Assembly: GCF_009914755.1 (NCBI RefSeq)
Contig: NC_060930.1
Direction: 5' to 3' (one strand)
DNA: 64,000 nt
Source: the human T2T-CHM13v2.0 reference genome, Homo sapiens
The translations under genes were made by a program, and so were the position numbers. Positions 52,522 through 64,000 of this stretch are shown piece after piece (the first letter of the stretch is position 1; each line of letters begins with the position of its first letter). Under the pieces are notes generated by a model. It worked only from the letters and a program-made list of their open reading frames with translations, did not search any database and was not told the DNA's origin.

Positions 52522-52591
52522 AAAATAATTAGCTAGGTGTGGTGATGTGCACCTGTAGTCTCAGCTACTCAGGAGGCTGAGGCAGAAGGAT
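52522..52591 (+). mobile_element. Alu internal fragment
   Basis: 'attagctaggtgtggtgatgtgcacctgtagtctcagctactcaggaggctgaggcag'. Confidence 0.85.
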
Positions 52592-53099
52592 AAATAAATT
52601 AATGTTGACACAGATACTATAATATAGACAAAAGAGGGGTGCCCATGATGGATAGCTGGAGAAAGGGAAAGACGATTTCTGTGTAGGGAAGGGGGCTGGA
52701 AAAAGAGGAGGCAGGAGAGCAACACAGGGGCTGGGGGGAGACGGGGGAAGGGAGGCATCCCCATGGGTGCCCCAACATCTAATGCTGGGCAATTCTGACC
52801 CTCAGCCCACATGCCCTCCCCTTTACCTGCCCTGACTTGGCTGGACCCGGACAGCCCAAGCCCTTCCTCCTCCACCCTGGCCGTATCCAACCCAGGCCAG
52901 GTGACTTTCCCTACAGCTCACCTGCTTCCTGTGCCATTCTCATTTCCACAGCCACAGCTCTCAACCCACACTGAGCTGGGGGCCCCATTGGCTCTCCTGA
53001 GTCCCTCCACCCATCTGCCCTAGCCCACAATGAATAGCTGCCCTGCTGCAGGCCTGGTGTTCCCTCTGCTTTATTGCATCATATGTTTTAATTTAATGA

Positions 53100-54130
<1,031 letters not shown>

Positions 54131-54672
54131 TCTTAGGAACACTTGGCAAGAGCAGGGATAGTGTTCTTCTCAATGGCATACCTGAATTCACTAGTTGGTT
54201 CTTTTATATAACAGTGAGAAATAAATTAAAACAGGGTATGAAAATTAACTTAAAGATTTTTCAAGCAAGTCTTTTTTGTTTTCCAACCAAGATAATATTA
54301 GATCTAAATAACTATTAACTATGCTATTTTTTCAGCTTCTGCTGCTGAAGTTCCTACTTGTATTTCAAAAGTCTGCATAGTTAAGAGCCAGTCCTCCGTT
54401 CTGCCCCATCTTGAGAAAGGTGGACTCAAAGGCTGTCATTCAGCGGACATAACCTTGCAACTGTTTCCTAGTTAGGGAAGGTGTCCTAACTCCCTTTTTA
54501 TAAACTAGAATAATTGGCAAAGATGGAATGCAACTGTAACTTGTTCTTTTCTTATTCGGGACACCGAGAAATGGGCTTTTCTCTTCTCTAATGATATAAA
54601 CATTATAAAGAAGCCAGCATACACCATTTTTCTGAATCAAGAGTAAACATGAAAATTATATGCTTTGTAATT

Positions 54673-58200
<3,528 letters not shown>

Positions 58201-59824
58201 GATACCACAGACAAAGGCTCAAGCTTAGCTTTCTGATTATTCATAGGTGATTCTCTTTGCCTAGTGCCCAGGAGATAGATGCTCCCTTGGGCTTGCAGGA
58301 GGAGCTGGCCAGGGTCCTATTTCACAGATGGTGAAAAATAATGCTGTTGCCATGCCTTGCCTCTGAATAGCTGAAGCCTCAATTCTTCTGTTCCTCTAAA
58401 GACATTAAAATATTAGCCTCAAGCCCCGAAGGCCCACGCCTGGGTCTGTTGGCTGTGTGGTCCCCAACACTTCTATTCTTACCATTTTAGGTTTTGGTGC
58501 CGGCTTCTTTCCCAGCTCCTGGAAAATTTCCTTTCTTTAGTTTGAGCTCAACTATATAGTAAGTAAATCATTTTGCTTTATTTTATCCCACAATTTTAGG
58601 TGTTTCTAGTGGGAAAGTGGCCTGAACTTGTCAGTTCCATCTACCACATTTACTGGAAATTATACCAATTTATTTTCAGAAAGCATGCTGGTTAGTCCAC
58701 TGCAGTCAGAGAGGATTTTATGGAAAAATCCAACAGATGGTAACTTCAGGTATTATAGCCATAAATGCAGGGAAGTTTTTCTCTAAGCTTGGAATGGGAT
58801 TTCCATTACTCTGTACTCAATATGTGAACATTATATTTTTCTTTACGGTGGAAGGAACCACTGTTTCTAATGGAAGCAGTTGGTGTTTATATATTTCTTA
58901 TTCCTAAAGGTCACAGGATCATTAATGTGACAACATCATCCTGCTAGAAGTGACATTCAAGCAGCAGTAATATGTTGAGCCATTCCCTGGTGATTAGGGG
59001 AAACTTCAAAGTGATAAAATACAGAAAATGAATATATAAATAGAAGTAGTCGAGAATTTCCAGATAATCTTGATAAATGGAGCAAGGAAAAAATAGGTGC
59101 ATTTCACTTAGATTTCAGAGAGATGATTTCGGGTTGCATTTGAGTACTCAACTTAAATCTGCCTCCAGGCACTAGAAAATGGTGGAGCTGACACCTACAC
59201 AACAGATCACAATGGATTTCGCTACCCTGACAGCAAGACAGAGGTCATATATATATGTAGATATATATTTTTTCTTTTCTGTCAGAGATATTCCCAGCGC
59301 ATAAGGCAAGTGAAGGCACATTTTCACTCATCTGTTGGCAGATATGTCTACAGTTGCCATCCTTTCCAACCTGCTTCCTGCACATGGCATAATTAAAGGG
59401 CCTATGAGCTAAAGGCTGGACCACAATATGCCTAGAGGGGTCCAGAGAGACAGTGGAAGTCAGTAATGCTTAAAAACAGGAAGAAAAAAACTGTCATGCA
59501 AAGACACACTGAGAGCAGAGCTGTGGCCAAAATGATCACATGTGAGGCAGGAGCTGAGGGCAGGCATCCAAGAGAACTGTATTTGATCTTCATTTTTAAA
59601 TATCAGATGTGTAGTTTTAGGGTTGAGGAGCTAAAAATAGGCAGCACTCCATATAACCCACTCCCTCCAATTTTTTATAATTAATTCTCAAACAGCTTGT
59701 ATTTCTCTACCATCATGTATTAAGAGGTATATTGAGGACAGTACTTGAAAATGTCCTAGAAATAAAATACAAATTTTAAGTCATAGGCTTATATGAGTAA
59801 TGAGTAATATACTGATATCTATTC

Positions 59825-60149
<325 letters not shown>

Positions 60150-61219
60150 TAATTTTTTCTATATTTTCATCTTTTTAAATTTATGCTTTCTCAGGTTGAA
60201 TAAAAAAGTATTTAGACGTGATATTCCAGGTGCCTCTATCATGGGACATCACTGATTTTAAGTAAAATACAATGAACATTTATTTGAAGGCTGTGTATAT
60301 TTTGTTTGGTTTTATACACAGCATGTAAATCATGATTGCATGTGTTTAATATTTTGGCAGGAAAACTGCATATAGAGGAAAGCAATAAAAACTATGCATC
60401 ACATCATTTGTATATATATATTTTTTAGTACTTTACTGTGTTTCCCCCTTGTCACATTGGTTTGGTTTTAGTGGTTTGGTCTATTTTCTCTCATTCCTTT
60501 GTTTTTCCTTTTCAAGTTTTCCTATATATGTTTATTTTATATATTCCCTGGGTTTCCCATGTCTATTATTTCCACTTCTTTTTGAGCAATTTACTTACTT
60601 TGTTTCCTCCCAATTAAGCATGTATTCCCATCCAAGACCTATTAATATTAAGAGTTGCTTTTTCCAAATGGTGATCCAAACAATGTGCACACTAGGATGA
60701 AAGCAACTTTAGTACAGTTTTCCACTAAGAGCAGTGCCTTCTGTATATGAACTTGGCTTCTCAAAATCTCAACTCCCTTATTCCTCCTGGTGACCTGGCA
60801 GCACACAGGACACGTTTCTATCTCTAAAGGGTCACAGGAAGCTCAGGCTTATTGGATCATCATCCCAAGCTTTTACTCAGGAAAAGTTTTCAAGTGTAGG
60901 GGATAGGGCTGCTAAGAGAAAAACGTACTCTTCACTGTTAACCTTTCTACCTATGGTTTTATCGTCTTAAAACCCATATATTCTGGATTCTGGGAGTTTC
61001 TCTGAAACATGCTTTAGGGTGAGCAGAGTTTTTTTTACAACTCTGTATGAAAATAGCTCAGGTGAATAGGACGTAAGCACTGAATGGGAGGGTGAGTGTC
61101 AAAGAGAGGAGTTGGATGACTTCAAGGTTCTGACTTGGGTGGTTGAGAAGAGGGTACAGCCATTCACCGAAGGAATAGCAAAGGATGAGCAAGTTTTAAG
61201 GGAAGGATAAATAATTTAA

Positions 61220-62270
61220 GTTTTATTTATAGCTTCATGACACCTAATTGACATATAATGAGCAGCTCACATTTAAAATGTAAAATCTAGTGGGTTTTAA
61301 CATGTTTGTACCCCATGAAAGCATTACCATGGTCAACATAATAAACATTTCCATCATCTTCAAAAGCTTCCTGGTGTTCCTTTATAATCCATCACTCCAT
61401 CTGTGCCCTGTCATCCCAGGGAACCACTGATCTGCTTTCTGTCACTGTATATTAGTTTGGATTTTCTAGAATTTGACATGAATTGAATACTATATGAATT
61501 ACTCCTTTTTGTTTGGCTTCTCCCATTCAGCATAATTATTTTGAATCTATCCACGTTGTGTGTATCAATAGTTCACTTCCTTTTATTGCTGAGTAATATT
61601 CCATTGTATAGATACACCAAAATTTTTTATTCATTCACCTGTCGATGGACATTTGGGTTGTTTTTAATTTAGACTGTTACAAATAAAGCTGCTAGGAACA
61701 TGAGTGTACAAGTCTTTGTGTGTACAGATGATGTTTTTCTTTCTCTTGGGCATGCTTTCATTTATAGCTTGGGTAAGTATCTATGAGTGGGATAGCTAAA
61801 TTATATGGTTAAGTATATGTTTAACTTTTAAAGAAACTGACAAACCATTTTCCAAAGTGATGATATCATTTTACATTCCCACCAGCAGTATATGGGAGAG
61901 CTTCAGTTGCTCTACATCCTTGCCAACACATGATATGGTCTAGCTTTTTAATTTTAGCCATTCTAGTGGGTATGCAGTGCTATCTTGTTGTGGTTTGATT
62001 TGCATTTCCATAATGACTAATAATGTCGAGCATCTTCTAACGTGTTTATTTGCCATCTGTATATCTTTTTGTTAAAGTATCTATTTAAATCTTTTGCTCA
62101 TTTAAAAAATTGAGCTGTTTGTCTTATTATTGAATCACAGTAGCTCAATAATAAGGTCTTTGTTGGATATATGTTTTTTGTTGAAGCTATGATTTGCAAA
62201 TATTTTTTATACCAGTCTGTGGCTTGCCTTTTCATTTCCAATAATTTATTTTTAAACATAGTGAATCTGA
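61220..62270 (-). mobile_element. L1MC/MD-like 3' end inserted in an L2 (L2 flanks ~61060-61215 and ~62270-62370)
   Basis: 'gggaaccactgatctgctttctgtcact...ttttattgctgagtaatattccattg...tttacattcccaccagcagtatatg'. Confidence 0.9.
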
Positions 62271-62379
62271 CATTTCTATGAGACATACAAGTAGAGCTCT
62301 CCAGCAGGGAGTCAGATATGGAGGTCTAGAGTCTAGAAGAACTAGATGAAGACTCAGGATCTGTGAGTGAAAGGAGAAG

Positions 62380-62665
62380 ATGACTACAAAGGGGCAGGAA
62401 GCACCATTTGGGGGTGATTGAACTGTTCTATGTCTTGATTTTAGTGGTGGTTATATATGGCTGTATACAATTATACACACTCAGAACTGTACACCCAAAA
62501 CAGTGAATTTTACTTTTGTAAATTTACCTTAATAAAACAATTTTAATGGGGCAATAGTTGAAACAAACAAAAAAGTTGATCATTATTGAAGCTGGGTGAT
62601 GAGTACATGAGGGTACTTTATATTATTCTCTGGTTGTTTGTAGGTTAAATTTCCAAAGTAAAAAG
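62380..62665 (+). mobile_element. Old L1 3'-UTR fragments
   Basis: 'ggggtgattgaactgttctatgtcttgat...tcagaactgtacac...ccttaataaa'; 'gaagctgggtgatgagtacatgaggg'. Confidence 0.7.
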
Positions 62666-62719
62666 GAATAAAAACAACAGCAATGACAGAGCAAACCCCT
62701 TGACCTCACATTCCCCTCT

Positions 62720-63530
62720 CACAATCATACCACTTCTGGGCCTCCTGTCTAAAAAAATTTCTTGAAAGAGTTGACTACAGACACAATTTTCGCATCTTCA
62801 CCTTCCATTCAAGCTTTTCTCCCCACAACTCCGTGGACTCATGTCAAGGTTCTTGAGGTCATTGAAGACCTATTGACCTTCATGTAGCCCAAACAAGAGG
62901 TCATTTTCTTTCCTCACTTGACTCATCTCTCAGCGACATTCGTTAGTTTCTTTTCTTGGTCTCTGTCTCATCTTTCATACTCTTGGTGTTCCTCCTCTCT
63001 ATTCACATCTTTTTAGTTTCATTTTCTGTCTTCTCTTTCCAAAACCTCTAAACTGTGACATGTATGAGGGTTAGCTTCTTAGCCCCAGTTCGCTCTCTCT
63101 TTTTTTTTTTTACACTCTTACTTCATCAGGGACTATGGCTTTAAATACTGTCTCTATGCCTATGACCACCAAATCAACACCTATGGCCCTGACCTCACCC
63201 CAAAGCCCCAAAGTCATATATCTAATGTCTTATTTGACATCTTCATCTGGAAGTCTACTAGGCTTCTCAAAAGTAAAATGTCTACAAAATTGAAAGGGTT
63301 ATTTTCTCATACCTGTACTCTAGCCTACATATCCCAGTAAATGGCACTGTGTCCCCCAAGTCACTTGAGCTAAAAACTTAGAAATCATCCTTGCCTCCTC
63401 TCTTGCCATCTGTCATCTCCCACCATCCCCATTATTATCCATCTACTTCTGAAACGCTTACTGAATGCTTTCAATTTTCATTTCCACTACCATGATCCTA
63501 ATTCAAGCTACCATATCCTTAGCTGTATGC
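62720..63530 (+). mobile_element. L2 LINE fragment
   Basis: 'tcaaggt...gccaaa-like...ctctcagcgacatt...atggctttaaatac...ttgacatcttcatctgga...aaaacttagaaatcatccttg'. Confidence 0.75.
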
Positions 63531-64000
63531 GTTTCTTGCCCCTACTCCTCTCTTTGATAAATATTTATGCTTAATTTAAGTTCTAAATTTCCATATGTAG
63601 TTTTATGAATGGTGCCTATAATATATGAAACTTTAAATTTAAATTTCTATAAAACTACAACACTCTACTCTTTCGTTTCTTAGAGACAGAGCCTGAATTT
63701 TTTAAAGTAGTACTGAAGAAAATTGAGGCATTTTATTAAAATGAAGATGGGGAAAATATGGAAATCCCCTGTCTAGTTCAAAGTCAAGACTGCATAGCTA
63801 AATTTGAAGACGGAGTTTAGTGCCAAGTCACTGTTAAGAAAGTACATGCTCTTTGTGCAGGGAAATCGAATGCTTGAAAACCAATAATATTTGGACTGGT
63901 TGGTACAGATTAAATCTTGGAAGTAACCTTCTGGTTTTGGTCTGTCTTTAGAAACATGGAGATAATCCTAGGAGAGAGAAACACTGGTTCCTTTTAGATC

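Noticed and set aside
59286-59311. Plus-strand 20-nt micro-exon after tttcttttctgtcAG
   Set aside because: Would need a non-canonical GC donor; no other support.

Overview
Primate (human-like) non-coding genomic DNA: Alu, L1, L2, MIR, MaLR, ERV1, ERVK and ERVL LTR elements, DNA-transposon MITEs and many simple repeats. I find no credible protein-coding gene, rRNA, tRNA or CRISPR array, and I cannot name the locus. The ORF track is explained by Alu, L1, low-complexity or chance frames, except for decayed ERV-L pol motifs. Notable structure: (i) two collinear minus-strand ERV-L remnants ~20 kb apart (gag-pro-RT-RNaseH at 54.7-58.2 kb; integrase-PPT-3'LTR at 33.8-34.9 kb); (ii) a promoter/enhancer-like motif cluster at 51.5 kb; (iii) candidate minus-strand spliced exons (41.2, 39.4, 19.1 kb) and a CpG-rich hairpin over one donor; (iv) several local duplications and inversions; (v) a solo LTR22 with a perfect 6-bp TSD; (vi) a strong minus-strand bias of retroelements. 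I see no convincing new biological system. Subfamily names come from recalled consensus sequences, and boundaries of old repeats are approximate (tens of bp).
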